Notes under the pieces: model-generated
Told to the model about the DNA's origin: nothing
Databases searched by the model: none
Seen by the model: the letters and a program-made list of their open reading frames with translations, nothing else
Origin: an uncultured Bacilli bacterium
GTDB lineage: Bacteria; Bacillota_I; Bacilli_A; RF39; UBA660
NCBI GenBank assembly: GCA_947591505.1
Contig: CANQDM010000001.1
Location: 25,316 to 89,315, forward strand
DNA length: 64,000 nt
Direction: 5' to 3'
Program-made: the position numbers and the translations under genes
In this document: one piece after another, positions 1 to 10,735 of the stretch
How positions within the stretch are numbered: the stretch's first letter is position 1
How the letters are laid out: every line of letters begins with the position of its first letter

Positions 1-305
1 AAAAAATTAGTATATTTAAAATATAATAGGCTACTTATAATACCTAGAATGGCAATAATAAAGAAAATTAATTTTATATTTTTTTTATCATTATAATAAT
101 TAATAAATAAACCACAGACATAACTAAACAAAACTGTAAAAAACATTAAAATTATATATTTTGGTTCACCCCAGGCATAAAAAATTAGAGAAAATATTAA
201 AAGTATTATATTTCTAAATTTTATAAATTTTTTGGGTATAATAAAATATATTATTAATAATAATGGTAAAAAAGTAAATAGAAATGTCAAACTACTAAAT
301 AACAT
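1..305 (-). CDS. MBOAT family membrane O-acyltransferase (AlgI/DltB-like), N-terminal 101 codons; gene continues beyond window start
   Basis: Manual minus-strand translation from the ATG at 305-303 is open to position 1: MLFSSLTFLFTFLPLLLIIYFIIPKKFIKFRNIILLIFSLIFYAWGEPKYIILMFFTVLFSYVCGLFINYYNDKKNIKLIFFIIAILGIISSLLYFKYTNF. This matches the typical MBOAT N-terminus (YAWGEP motif). RBS AGGAGGG lies 4 nt upstream. A DHHW gene sits immediately upstream, the usual MBOAT partner. Confidence 0.7.
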   Translation of the reverse strand, partial: MLFSSLTFLFTFLPLLLIIYFIIPKKFIKFRNIILLIFSLIFYAWGEPKYIILMFFTVLFSYVCGLFINYYNDKKNIKLIFFIIAILGIISSLLYFKYTNF

Positions 306-314
306 ATAACCCTC

Positions 315-1451
315 CTATAACATAAAAGCATCTGAAGTAAAATAATCTATATTACCAATAAGTAAAACTTTATCTATATCATTTGCTGTTATAAAATTAT
401 TAAAATCAAATTTATAACCCATTTCTGTTTCAAACTTTCTTAAATCAACATTGTAAGTTTTATTAAAATGAGAACTAATTAAATCATTTATGGCATTATC
501 ATAAGACTCACCAATAATAAGTAAATTCTCTCTTTCTGGGTGATGATAATCAAATTCAATTAAACCGTAATCCATTCCATAAAACTCAGCATAAGTGGTT
601 TTACTAGGATTATTTTTAATTATTTCTTGTTTATTTGTATAACTTTGTTGAAGTTTATCATTAATATATACATCATAATTAAGATTGGCAAAATCATAAT
701 AACAAAGATTTTCTCTAAATATTAAAGAGCCACCAATTAATGTGTTTTTTGAACCACTAACTCTACTATTAAGGCATATTTCTTTTTGATATTTAATTGG
801 CTCTGATAAATTTAATAAATTTACTAAATCTAAATAAGCCTTATAAGATCCTTTATAATTCCAATGATGATCAGTTTTATAAAAATAATCTTGAAATTCC
901 GTAAAATTATTAATTGTAAATTTTTGCGTTTTTATATTAGAATTAATATTATCTTTAATATATTCATAGGCATTTAATTTAGCATTATTAGTAAAATCTA
1001 TATCCGTATCTTTTTCTATATAATATAAATATATATTATTTTTATCTTTTAATATATTGTCATAATTTTCTATTTTAGCATCTAATTTGGCTTTTATATT
1101 ATCAAAAGAATATGTATTATATACTAAATTATTTTTATACAAGTAAATTCCATTATCTAAATAATGATAACCTTGATCTTGAAAACTAAAATAAATATTC
1201 TTTTCTTCTAAAGCAATTGTTTTTTCCACTAACTTCATAATACTTGTAAGTGGTAATTGATCTGCCAATGCTAATTCATAATTATTTTGAAAATCACCAT
1301 TTAAAAAACTTTTAACTGAAAATTGAGGAATTTGATATGCTGTTCTATTCTCCCTATAATTATTTTGATTTTGTGATAGATAAGGCTTAATACCCCCCCC
1401 GAAAATAATTAAGACAAAAATGATTAAAAATAAAATGTTTACTTTTTTCAT
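315..1451 (-). CDS. DHHW family protein (SGNH/AlgX-AlgJ-like O-acyl transfer partner of MBOAT), N-terminal signal anchor
   Basis: 378-aa ORF with N-terminal TM and a DHHW motif (KTDHHWNYKG). Adjacent to an MBOAT gene. Confidence 0.75.
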   Translation of the reverse strand: MKKVNILFLIIFVLIIFGGGIKPYLSQNQNNYRENRTAYQIPQFSVKSFLNGDFQNNYELALADQLPLTSIMKLVEKTIALEEKNIYFSFQDQGYHYLDNGIYLYKNNLVYNTYSFDNIKAKLDAKIENYDNILKDKNNIYLYYIEKDTDIDFTNNAKLNAYEYIKDNINSNIKTQKFTINNFTEFQDYFYKTDHHWNYKGSYKAYLDLVNLLNLSEPIKYQKEICLNSRVSGSKNTLIGGSLIFRENLCYYDFANLNYDVYINDKLQQSYTNKQEIIKNNPSKTTYAEFYGMDYGLIEFDYHHPERENLLIIGESYDNAINDLISSHFNKTYNVDLRKFETEMGYKFDFNNFITANDIDKVLLIGNIDYFTSDAFML

Positions 1452-1475
1452 ATCGATTCTCCTCTATTTTTTGCT

Positions 1476-2585
1476 CTAATTAAAATATTTTATTATGGCA
1501 TCAACTATTCTTTTACTAGCATAACCATCACCATATGGATTAGATGCCTTACTCATTTTTTCATATGCCAATTTATCTTCTAATAATTTTTTGGTTTCTC
1601 TATATATTACTTCTTCATCAGTTCCAACGAGTTTTAATGTTCCTGCTTCAATACCTTCTGGTCTTTCCGTTGTATCTCTTAAAACTAATACTGGTTTACC
1701 TAAAGATGGTGCTTCTTCTTGAATTCCTCCTGAATCACTTAATATTAAATAACTTTTATTTTGAAAATTATGAAAATCAAATACTTCAAGAGGTTCAATT
1801 AAATGTACTCGATTGCAACCTACAAATATTTCATTTGCTACATCTCTAACTTTAGGATTTAAATGAATGGGATAAATAACTTTAACATCAGGAAATTCAT
1901 CTACTACTCTTTTAATTCCTTTAAAAATTCTTCGCATTGGTTCACCTAAGTTTTCTCTTCTGTGAGCAGTTAGTAAAATCATTCTTTCACCATCTTTAAT
2001 CCATTCTAATTCCGGATGAGTATAATTATCAGAAATTGTTGTACTCATCGCATCTATTACCGTATTACCGGTAACATATATTTTATCTTCAAGAATATTT
2101 TCTTTCATTAAATTATCTTTACTCAAATTAGTTGGCGCAAAATACATATCAGTCATGCAATCAACCATTTGCCTGTTCATCTCTTCCGGATAGGGACTAT
2201 ATTTATCATTGGTTCTAAGACCAGCTTCTACATGACCAATAGCAATTTGTTTATAAAATGCTGCAAGTGCTCCTGCAAAAGTTGTTGTTGTATCACCATG
2301 CACTAAAACTATATCTGGCCTACATTCATCAAGCACTTCTTCTAATCCTTTTAATACTTTAGTTGTTATATCACTAAGAGTTTGTCCTTTACTCATAATA
2401 TTTAAATCATAATCGGGTCTTATTTTAAAAGTTTCTAATACTTGATCAAGCATTTCCCGATGTTGAGCGGTAACACAAACAATGCTTTCAATTTCTCGTC
2501 TACTTTCTAACTCTTTTACAAGGGGAGCCATTTTAATAGCCTCAGGTCTTGTTCCAAATATACTCATTACTTTAATTTTTTTCAT
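1476..2585 (-). CDS. wecB: UDP-N-acetylglucosamine 2-epimerase (non-hydrolysing)
   Basis: 369 aa. The N-terminus MKKIKVMSIFGTRPEAIKMAPLV and overall length are typical of WecB/MnaA. Confidence 0.9.
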   Translation of the reverse strand: MKKIKVMSIFGTRPEAIKMAPLVKELESRREIESIVCVTAQHREMLDQVLETFKIRPDYDLNIMSKGQTLSDITTKVLKGLEEVLDECRPDIVLVHGDTTTTFAGALAAFYKQIAIGHVEAGLRTNDKYSPYPEEMNRQMVDCMTDMYFAPTNLSKDNLMKENILEDKIYVTGNTVIDAMSTTISDNYTHPELEWIKDGERMILLTAHRRENLGEPMRRIFKGIKRVVDEFPDVKVIYPIHLNPKVRDVANEIFVGCNRVHLIEPLEVFDFHNFQNKSYLILSDSGGIQEEAPSLGKPVLVLRDTTERPEGIEAGTLKLVGTDEEVIYRETKKLLEDKLAYEKMSKASNPYGDGYASKRIVDAIIKYFN

Positions 2586-2746
2586 AAAAGCCTCTTTTTC
2601 TATTCAAAAAATAAAAATATTTAATATTCTAAAATATGATAAACATCTTTTTATATATGATAACATAAAAATATACAAAAAAATAGTTAAAAAAAGATTG
2701 TCACTAAATTTTAATTTAAGCCACAATCCTTAAAATAATAATTAAT

Positions 2747-4297
2747 TTATGCCTTTTCTTCGTGATATTCTTGTTCCGTATTTACATTCCAAATATTATC
2801 TTTATTCTTTTCTCCATTCAAAATGTTTTTAACTGTTTCAAAAGATGTAACCATTGAATGATCCATATTATTATATCTATGTTGGCCATTTCTACCAACA
2901 CAATAAAGATTATTATAATTATTTAAATAATTAATTAACTTATCAATACTTTGATAGGTATCGAAATATGCTGGATATGCTTTCTTTACTTTTTCGCGGT
3001 GCGCATCTAAAACATCTTTTTCATCAATTATTCCCATTTTTATTAGTTCATTTTTGGCAAATTCAATACATTTTTTATCACTTAAATTCCAAAATTCATC
3101 GCCTTCGTTACAGAAATATTCTAAACCAATCCAGATTGTTTTATCAACATTTTTAACCATATAAGGGCTCCAGTTGTTAAATATTTGAATTCTCCCTAAT
3201 TTAACATCTGGTTCTTGAACATATATCCAACAATCTGGTACTATATTTCCTAATGTTTTAATATCAGTTTCATTTTTTAAATTCAATTTTTTTACTAATA
3301 AACCAACGGTAACAAAATCACGATAAGGAAGGCCAACCGCTATATCATGAATATCTTTTGGCACATCATTCATACCAGCAATTAAATCTTTAAGAGGCAT
3401 ACTAGAAATAAATATATCGCCACTTATTTCTTTTTCTTCATCTCCTACTTTACAAATTACAGATTTAATTCTATTATTCTTTTGCTTAATTTTAATTACT
3501 GAATGATTCTTTAAAAATTCCCCCCCCGATTTTTCAATTTTATCTGCCACAGTTTCCCAAAGCTCTCCTGGGCCATACTTAGGATATTTAAATTCTTCAA
3601 TTAAAGATGTTTCAACATTTTTACTTTTTATGTGAAATACTTTTTTAAACATATCTTTTATTACCGCAGAAATTGATAATCCTTTTACTCTTTGACTACC
3701 CCAATCTGCGGATATTTGCGATGGATGTCGACCCCATAATTTTTCCGTATATTTTTCAAAAAACATACTATATAATTTCTTACCAAAACGATTTATATAA
3801 AAATTTTCTAGAGAATCTTCTTCTTTTTTAATTACTGTACTTTTTAAATAACTACATCCTGCAGTAAAAGTTCTACCTAAGCCCATATTCTTAAAAGTTT
3901 GGAATTTCATACTAATAGGGTAATCAAAGAATTTCTTTAAATAATAAATTCTTGATACCCGATGACGAAGTAACATTACTTGATCTTCTTTTTCGGGATC
4001 TGGTCCACCTTTTACTAAATTCTTCTCTCTTTTTAATTTTTTATCATCATATGATGGCTTACCTTGGGTTGGCATAACTTCTTCCCAAAAATTAATAACA
4101 TCTTGATCTTTAGAAAAGAAACGATGACCACCTATATCCATTCTGTTACCTTTATATCTAACAGTTCGAGAAATACCTCCTACATCTTTAGATTCTTCTA
4201 AAATAACTACTTCATAATCTTTACTTTTTTTAAGTAGTTCATAACCAGCAGTTAAACCTGCTGGACCTGCCCCAATAATTACAACTTTCTTCTTCAT
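2747..4297 (-). CDS. NAD(P)/FAD-dependent oxidoreductase (amine-oxidase/UDP-galactopyranose-mutase-like superfamily)
   Basis: 516 aa. N-terminal Rossmann dinucleotide motif [17 protein letters not shown]...E(x)GG. Embedded in the glycan locus. Confidence 0.6.
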   Translation of the reverse strand: MKKKVVIIGAGPAGLTAGYELLKKSKDYEVVILEESKDVGGISRTVRYKGNRMDIGGHRFFSKDQDVINFWEEVMPTQGKPSYDDKKLKREKNLVKGGPDPEKEDQVMLLRHRVSRIYYLKKFFDYPISMKFQTFKNMGLGRTFTAGCSYLKSTVIKKEEDSLENFYINRFGKKLYSMFFEKYTEKLWGRHPSQISADWGSQRVKGLSISAVIKDMFKKVFHIKSKNVETSLIEEFKYPKYGPGELWETVADKIEKSGGEFLKNHSVIKIKQKNNRIKSVICKVGDEEKEISGDIFISSMPLKDLIAGMNDVPKDIHDIAVGLPYRDFVTVGLLVKKLNLKNETDIKTLGNIVPDCWIYVQEPDVKLGRIQIFNNWSPYMVKNVDKTIWIGLEYFCNEGDEFWNLSDKKCIEFAKNELIKMGIIDEKDVLDAHREKVKKAYPAYFDTYQSIDKLINYLNNYNNLYCVGRNGQHRYNNMDHSMVTSFETVKNILNGEKNKDNIWNVNTEQEYHEEKA

Positions 4298-4306
4298 AAA
4301 TACCTC

Positions 4307-6280
4307 CTATTTCACCACTTTATAAAGAATTTTTCTTGCGCCAAAATTCCAAATAAATACTAATAATGTCGATATAATCTTACTCAATAAATAATAAATA
4401 CTACATATACTTGTAAATATCCAAATTAGTAAAGTATCAATTCCTAAACCTAACACACCTATTATAGCATAAATAATAAATTCTTTTCTTTTAGTTATAC
4501 TTGTTTTTTCTTGGAAAACAAACTTTTTGCTTAATAGATAATTAACTATTAATCCCAAAGTAAATGCTAAAATATTTGATATTATATAGTGTATCCTAAA
4601 TAAATCAGTAAATACATAAAGCATACCAATATTAACAACTGCAGCTATGCCACCAACAAATATATATCTTATAAATTGAATAAGGGTATTATCTGTTTTA
4701 TCTGTAAAATACTTTTTCATTAATTTTTTCGTTTTTGATTCTTTATTTGATAAATCTTTTGGCATAAAATTAGATAAACTATAAATTAATAATGGTAAAG
4801 CACAAATTGCTTGAGAATATACAAATCTATACTCTTCTCCTGTTATAAGCAACATTATAACTGCCGTATTAGAAAGAACTAAAGCAAAAGGCAATAAATA
4901 TTTAAAATTCAATTTTGCTTTTTTTAATACTAAGGCTAAAGCAAATAAAATTATACATAATCCATCACCAAAGCCATTAAAAATTAATCGCAGAGGACTA
5001 TTAGTAACTAAGTTATTATAATCAATAACATATTGTAAATACTTATTACTTATATCTTCCATAACTCCTTTTTCAGCAATTTCCCCACTATTACTATACA
5101 TTATTAAAGGAAGATTTGGATAACTACGTTCTATTTGCCAAATTGGACTAGTCATATTTAAAAACGATTTTACAAATAATGCCGGTGAATGAATAGATTT
5201 ATTAAACCATATTTTTAAAATATTATTAAAATTTTTTTCAACTGAATGCCGATAATCTTTAGCAGTATATTTTATATTATTAAAATTGCGAGGATTATAT
5301 TCAAGTTTCCAATTTTTTAACGGGGTAATATTATCTAATATTAATAACTCTTTTTCGGAAAAAGATGGTAAATCATTATTGTAATAATATGATATTTGTC
5401 CCATTAAAAGTCCAACCATTTCAGATTTTCCACCCGTTTTATTATCAATGTTAAAATATTTATATACAGGATTAAAAATTATAAAACTACTTATTAATAT
5501 AGCTCCTAAACTTATTAAAGAAAATTTTCTGAATTTCGGATAAAAAATTATAATACCTAAATATAATATAAAGAAAGTTACTATCCCGTTGTGGCGGAAA
5601 AATAATATTGGTAAACTACTAATTATAAACATAATTTTATTTTTATGATTTTTTAACCATTCACCATCACTTATAACAATATTTATCATATATAATGTTG
5701 CTAAAAATATTCCCCAAGAAAAAGTTACATCCTTCCACATATATACACAATATCTTAAAAATAAAGGATTAAGAATTATTAATAATAATATTGCTAAAGT
5801 TTGTCTAAAATTCAAAAAGTTTTTTCTTAAAAAGTGGCAAAAATATAATAATATGCCAAATATGATTAAAGATTGCCAAATAACTGAAGATATTAAACCT
5901 TTATAAAATAATTGGGGCAATTTATACATTACTAAAGTGTGCATTGCGGGATGCCAATTATTATAAGTATTATTCATGGCTTGATTATATTGACCTATTA
6001 CATCAGGAGATATTGCCCCAGGATAATGGGCAATAACTGTAAATGATAATGCTAATAATATTAAACCACCAAAAATAAAATATTCCCGCTTTTTGATTTC
6101 TTTTTTATTGAAATTTATTTTACTGGCAATGCTCCAACCAAAATTAACTAAAATAAAAACAATTATAAAACATATTGCAAAAAGAAAATAATTTATACCA
6201 CTATAACTATTCCAAGTAATAGATAAAGAAAAGAAAAAAGACAATAGTAATTTTAAAAAAAGATCTAATTTATTTTGCAT
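4307..6280 (-). CDS. large polytopic membrane protein (GT-C-like/DUF) fused to a C-terminal GtrA-like domain
   Basis: 657 aa with many predicted TM segments. The last ~120 aa resemble the GtrA family: IRYIFVGGIAAVVNIGMLYVFTD...LSKKFVF. Confidence 0.55.
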   Translation of the reverse strand: MQNKLDLFLKLLLSFFFSLSITWNSYSGINYFLFAICFIIVFILVNFGWSIASKINFNKKEIKKREYFIFGGLILLALSFTVIAHYPGAISPDVIGQYNQAMNNTYNNWHPAMHTLVMYKLPQLFYKGLISSVIWQSLIIFGILLYFCHFLRKNFLNFRQTLAILLLIILNPLFLRYCVYMWKDVTFSWGIFLATLYMINIVISDGEWLKNHKNKIMFIISSLPILFFRHNGIVTFFILYLGIIIFYPKFRKFSLISLGAILISSFIIFNPVYKYFNIDNKTGGKSEMVGLLMGQISYYYNNDLPSFSEKELLILDNITPLKNWKLEYNPRNFNNIKYTAKDYRHSVEKNFNNILKIWFNKSIHSPALFVKSFLNMTSPIWQIERSYPNLPLIMYSNSGEIAEKGVMEDISNKYLQYVIDYNNLVTNSPLRLIFNGFGDGLCIILFALALVLKKAKLNFKYLLPFALVLSNTAVIMLLITGEEYRFVYSQAICALPLLIYSLSNFMPKDLSNKESKTKKLMKKYFTDKTDNTLIQFIRYIFVGGIAAVVNIGMLYVFTDLFRIHYIISNILAFTLGLIVNYLLSKKFVFQEKTSITKRKEFIIYAIIGVLGLGIDTLLIWIFTSICSIYYLLSKIISTLLVFIWNFGARKILYKVVK

Positions 6281-6411
6281 AATTACTCCTTAAAATTATT
6301 ATATAATATAGAATTTTGAAAAGCAATAAATAGCGTAAATAATTTTTTAACATTTAATTCTATATTATTATAAGTTAAATTGCTAAATCTTAAAGTTATA
6401 TTAATTCTAAT

Positions 6412-7404
6412 TTAATTTTTTTTATGATTAAAAGTAAATACTAATTTAGCTATGTATTTATTAAAACTAAGTAAATATATACCCTTTAGACCATTAGAAA
6501 GAAAATATTTATTTTTTCTATAATTAGGAAAATTCTTTTTAACATTATTTATAGCTTCATTAACTGCTTTTATAAAATCTTTTTTTTCTAATAATGCTGC
6601 TTGTTTAATAAAAGTTGCATATAAATACCTTACATAACAATATTCTAATTCTTCAAAATATTCATCATAATAATTATTTTTTTTATAATAATCTATGATT
6701 CCATTCATATTGCTAATATAATCAAATATTTTAACATTTGCTTTTTTAGATATTGTACCTGTTCTTTGCGTATAATTTAAAAAGTAATCTTTTACAACAC
6801 CTAGTTTATTTATTTTAGGTATTAATCTACAAGTAAATTCTACATCTTCAAATAATATGCCTTTTTTAAATCTAAAATTATTAGCAAATATTTCTTTTTT
6901 ATATATTTTATTACAAGCTGAAGGATAGATATTTATTAGTAATTTTTTTATATCTTCTTTATTTTCTATATCTTCTTTAATATTCGAATTAACTAATTCA
7001 ATTTTATTAGTATCTTCATAAATATATTTTAAATTACATACAACAATATCATAATTATTTTCTATTGCTTTGTTATACATTTTAGCAAACATATCTTCAT
7101 CAACATAATCGTCAGAATCAATAAAGGCAATATAATCACCAGTAGCATGTTGAAGGCCATAATTACGAGCATCAGAAAGCCCACCATTTTCTTTAATAAA
7201 CTTTTTTATCTTTTGAGGATATTTTTTAGCGTATTTATCTATAATCTTTTGACTATTATCTGGTGAACCATCATTAACGATTATAATTTCAATTTCTTTT
7301 AAAGTTTGATTTACTAAACTATCTAGGCATATTTCTAAATAATTTTCTACATTATAGACTGGTACTATTATACTAACTTTTTTCTTCATTTTTACAATAT
7401 TCAC
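6412..7404 (-). CDS. family 2 glycosyltransferase
   Basis: VSIIVPVYNVENYLEICLDSLVNQTL...IIIVNDGSPDNS and DSDD motifs. Confidence 0.9.
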   Translation of the reverse strand: MNIVKMKKKVSIIVPVYNVENYLEICLDSLVNQTLKEIEIIIVNDGSPDNSQKIIDKYAKKYPQKIKKFIKENGGLSDARNYGLQHATGDYIAFIDSDDYVDEDMFAKMYNKAIENNYDIVVCNLKYIYEDTNKIELVNSNIKEDIENKEDIKKLLINIYPSACNKIYKKEIFANNFRFKKGILFEDVEFTCRLIPKINKLGVVKDYFLNYTQRTGTISKKANVKIFDYISNMNGIIDYYKKNNYYDEYFEELEYCYVRYLYATFIKQAALLEKKDFIKAVNEAINNVKKNFPNYRKNKYFLSNGLKGIYLLSFNKYIAKLVFTFNHKKN

Positions 7405-7433
7405 TATCTTTTAATATTAAAAGAAGTTCCTCC

Positions 7434-8993
7434 TTACTTTTTATGTTTTTTAGATAATTCTTTAACAAGTTCTTTATTATGTTTATGAGCATTTTGAGGT
7501 CTTACTAATTTACTAGTATATTTACGAGTTCTTAATTTTAAATCTATATCCTCTTTTTTATTAATAAATAGGTAATTACAATGAAAAATAATTGGCAAAT
7601 ATATTATTATTAATGAAGTTTGCAAAAACATATATCCTGTTGTATAAGTTAATAATATAAATAAAGATAAAGAAATTAATAAAATATATTCCTCTTCATA
7701 ATGAAACAATTTTCCTTTAATAAATTGACACGCTAATCTAAAAATAGAAATTAAATAAATAAATAATAATGGTAAATAAAGTATTACAAATGGTATAATT
7801 CCATAATTAAATAATAGAGAAAATATATCATTTTCCATATACAAATTATCTGGTTGATTACAAAAACCAATACCAAATATTTTATATTTCCAATTAATGT
7901 TTAAAAAAATGTTACCATTATATATAATTTCATTATTACGATTATTAAAGCCAGATAAATTATTATTTTTGGTTACTTTTTCTAAATAATCAAGAGAATT
8001 TTTAACCTTATTTAAATAATATTTTTTCTCTTTTGTATATTTTATATTGTTACCTTTTTTGTTTTCTTCCTCTACTTTATTAATAGTTGTATCAACTTTT
8101 TGACTAATTTTACCTTCACTTATTTCTAAATCATCATACATAGAAATAGTATTTTTATAAGAATAAGTATACTTATAACTAAAGAAACAGCCTAATAACA
8201 ATACTATTAGAATTATGATTGAATAAAATTCATTTTTATTTTTAGAAAATATTACTTTTAATAGTTCATAGGCAAATAATAATACTAAGATTATAATAAT
8301 ACTATACGTACTTGATTTAGTACCAATAAATATATAGCATAAACCACACATAACTATAAAAGCACACATCCACCATTTATTATTACTTTTCTTATATTCT
8401 AACCATACTAATGGAATTGTTAAAGCACCCAAATGGTTTATTAAATGTGAAGGAACTAACCAACTTTTAAAACCATAGTTAACACCATTAGAATAAGATA
8501 AAGCACTCGTGTTTGTTATTAGTGATAAAGCAAAAAAGGCATAATATATTATAGCAGATATAGCGATACATTTTATTAATTTATTACTATCAAAATTAAA
8601 ATCTTCTTTATATTTGAACAAAGTAATTAATATTTCCAAGAGCATAGTTATATAGACAATTTGAATTAATTTTTTTACTTCTTCACTAAAAGTACTAACA
8701 GAAAATACAAAAAAGTTATTTTTTATTAAAAGCAAGTGAACAACAGAATAGCCTAAAATTAAAAACATTAATAGTACATATAAATTTTTATCTTTTTTAA
8801 TAAAAATAACATATATCATTAAATATAAATATACAATACCAACAATTAATGGCTTTAATATTGTGCTTAAAGACATATTAAAATTATATTTAACTCGCAT
8901 CAAATATGTTAAAGTATCCAAAAAAGGCGAAATAAGAATAACTAAATATAGTAATTTATAAATATTTTTATTTAATTTGTCAATATTTTTCAT
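7434..8993 (-). CDS. O-antigen polymerase/ligase-like (Wzy-type) polytopic membrane protein
   Basis: 519 aa, >10 hydrophobic segments with one large hydrophilic loop. Lies in the polysaccharide locus next to a Wzx gene. Confidence 0.45.
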   Translation of the reverse strand: MKNIDKLNKNIYKLLYLVILISPFLDTLTYLMRVKYNFNMSLSTILKPLIVGIVYLYLMIYVIFIKKDKNLYVLLMFLILGYSVVHLLLIKNNFFVFSVSTFSEEVKKLIQIVYITMLLEILITLFKYKEDFNFDSNKLIKCIAISAIIYYAFFALSLITNTSALSYSNGVNYGFKSWLVPSHLINHLGALTIPLVWLEYKKSNNKWWMCAFIVMCGLCYIFIGTKSSTYSIIIILVLLFAYELLKVIFSKNKNEFYSIIILIVLLLGCFFSYKYTYSYKNTISMYDDLEISEGKISQKVDTTINKVEEENKKGNNIKYTKEKKYYLNKVKNSLDYLEKVTKNNNLSGFNNRNNEIIYNGNIFLNINWKYKIFGIGFCNQPDNLYMENDIFSLLFNYGIIPFVILYLPLLFIYLISIFRLACQFIKGKLFHYEEEYILLISLSLFILLTYTTGYMFLQTSLIIIYLPIIFHCNYLFINKKEDIDLKLRTRKYTSKLVRPQNAHKHNKELVKELSKKHKK

Positions 8994-8997
8994 AGTT

Positions 8998-10422
8998 TTA
9001 TTCTCCTTCCCTGGTTAAAATTTTTTTCAACATATTTATAATATCATATTTTATGAGTAAATACACAATAAATATGGTACGTATTAAAATTATTATTACA
9101 ACATTATGGAAACAAATTTTAGTAAAAACATAAATAACTAATGCTAAAATTAAATAAATAAATTCACTTTTTAATTTGGTTAACTTATAAACCTTACCTT
9201 TTAAAATATATTTAGAATTACAGTAATGTAATAAGAATAAAACAAAATATGATACTAACGTAGTATAGGCAGCGACTTTATATCCAAATTTTGGGACAAA
9301 AATATAATTTAAAACAATGTTTAATATTGCTGCTAAAATAGTATTTATGGTAATATTAATAGTTTTCTTTCTATAAATGGCATAGTTAACATATAATTGA
9401 TATAAAAATACAAATAAATAACCTAAACATAAAATAGGAATTATTGATAAACTATCGTAAAAATCAGATCCAACAATTAATTTTACAGCGTTCTCTGAAT
9501 AAAAAATTATTATAATACACACAAAAAATATAAATTGAGCATATTTTTTGATAATATTTTCAACTTTTGTATAGTCACCATTATTTTGATAAAAAACTGG
9601 TGCCCAAGAATAATTAAGAGAATTTATTACTAACAATAACACTTCCCCAATTTTAGTGGCTAAACTATACATACCTGTACTTGCTAAATTGCCATATTGA
9701 TTTATTACTAATTTATCAAAATATGTTAACACATAATTTGATAAAGAATGCAATACTAAAGGCAAAGAAAATATTAATGCTACTTTAACATTAGATAATT
9801 TTGCTTTTTCTTTTAATAGTGATTTATTTTTAAAGAATATGTATAATAAAAATAAGAAATTTATTATCATAATAGTAATAATTCTTATAAAACCGCCATT
9901 AGTATTTTTTAACATCAAAATAAGAAATATAGATATAACTGTATTTAATAATAAAGGAATAGTTTTAAAAATCATATGCATTTTGGCATTTTGGGTAGCA
10001 ATTAAATGGGTTTCATAAAAATCTAAAAAAATACCAATATAACTACCTATTATTATTAAATAATATAAAAATATATCTATATTTAAAAAAGATGAAATTT
10101 CTTTAGAGAAAAGCAAAAAGAATGGAAGTAAAATACCATTAAAAATAAATATAAATAAACATATTGACTTAACATAACTTCGATAATTCGTTTGCTTATC
10201 ATAATAATATCTTGAAATTGAAGAAGATATTGATACAGATAATATAATAGTTAACATACTCACTGTTGAGGTATAAAAATTAACTGCTCCATATTCTGTT
10301 GGATTTAATATATAAGTTAATACAGTAACTGATAAAAATGATATTATTAAAGTTATAATGTTAGAAATAGTATAATAAAATGCATTTTTCAGTATCTTTT
10401 TTTCTTCAATTTTTGGCTGCAT
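8998..10422 (-). CDS. Wzx-type oligosaccharide flippase (MOP/polysaccharide biosynthesis protein family)
   Basis: 474 aa, ~12-14 TM, typical Wzx-like N-terminus. Sits in a glycosyltransferase cluster. Confidence 0.7.
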   Translation of the reverse strand: MQPKIEEKKILKNAFYYTISNIITLIISFLSVTVLTYILNPTEYGAVNFYTSTVSMLTIILSVSISSSISRYYYDKQTNYRSYVKSICLFIFIFNGILLPFFLLFSKEISSFLNIDIFLYYLIIIGSYIGIFLDFYETHLIATQNAKMHMIFKTIPLLLNTVISIFLILMLKNTNGGFIRIITIMIINFLFLLYIFFKNKSLLKEKAKLSNVKVALIFSLPLVLHSLSNYVLTYFDKLVINQYGNLASTGMYSLATKIGEVLLLVINSLNYSWAPVFYQNNGDYTKVENIIKKYAQFIFFVCIIIIFYSENAVKLIVGSDFYDSLSIIPILCLGYLFVFLYQLYVNYAIYRKKTINITINTILAAILNIVLNYIFVPKFGYKVAAYTTLVSYFVLFLLHYCNSKYILKGKVYKLTKLKSEFIYLILALVIYVFTKICFHNVVIIILIRTIFIVYLLIKYDIINMLKKILTREGE

Positions 10423-10469
10423 TATAACTCTCCATTCTAATGTATTCGGTTTATTTTTTTAAAAAAATT

Positions 10470-10735
10470 AGTCGTAATGTCTTTCCTCTCTGCCTTTACT
10501 ACAGCATCGTATAAAACGGGGGTCTAATATTACAGTTTCTAAAGAAAGGCTGTTATCTTCTACTATAACATCACAGCAAAATTTTTCAGTAACATTTATT
10601 ATTTCTGTATCATTTGTTGTGACATATAAATCATTTATATATTTACTTTTATGTGCATTATTTATTGCCTAACTTATTATTTTTTTAGGCCTTGATGGTA
10701 TTATTGCTAGAACCTCTATATTACCACCTTTAGGT
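10470..10735 (-). pseudogene. frameshifted/truncated remnant of a CMP-N-acylneuraminate-type cytidylyltransferase (CTP_transf_3; NeuA/PseF/LegF-like)
   Basis: Manual translation of the minus strand gives LPKGGNIEVLAIIPSRPKK, then a frameshift, then AINNAHKSKYINDLYVTTNDTEIINVTEKFCCDVIVEDNSLSLETVILDPRFIRCC, then a stop. Both fragments match conserved N-terminal blocks of acylneuraminate cytidylyltransferases. The region has locally higher GC and no intact ORF. Confidence 0.55.

Noticed and set aside
1544-1849. Small opposite-strand ORFs from the six-frame track nested inside larger genes (1544..1849, 2482..2733, 2968..3156, 11909..12115, 14366..14647, 15100..15552, 18961..19158, 21388..21603, 22837..23148, 24959..25162, 25213..25476, 26512..26775, 28066..28248, 30028..30246, 30500..30724, 31457..31753, 31582..31911, 32119..32325, 33023..33214, 45288..45626, 51144..51359, 51426..51704, 54029..54277, 54274..54459, 54610..54888, 55328..55510, 57023..57253, 61345..61527)
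   Set aside because: Each lies antisense to, or out of frame within, a long ORF with clear family motifs. Their compositions are low-complexity artefacts of the AT-rich sequence (Leu/Phe/Ser/Ile-rich), and none has a convincing RBS. Treated as shadow ORFs.
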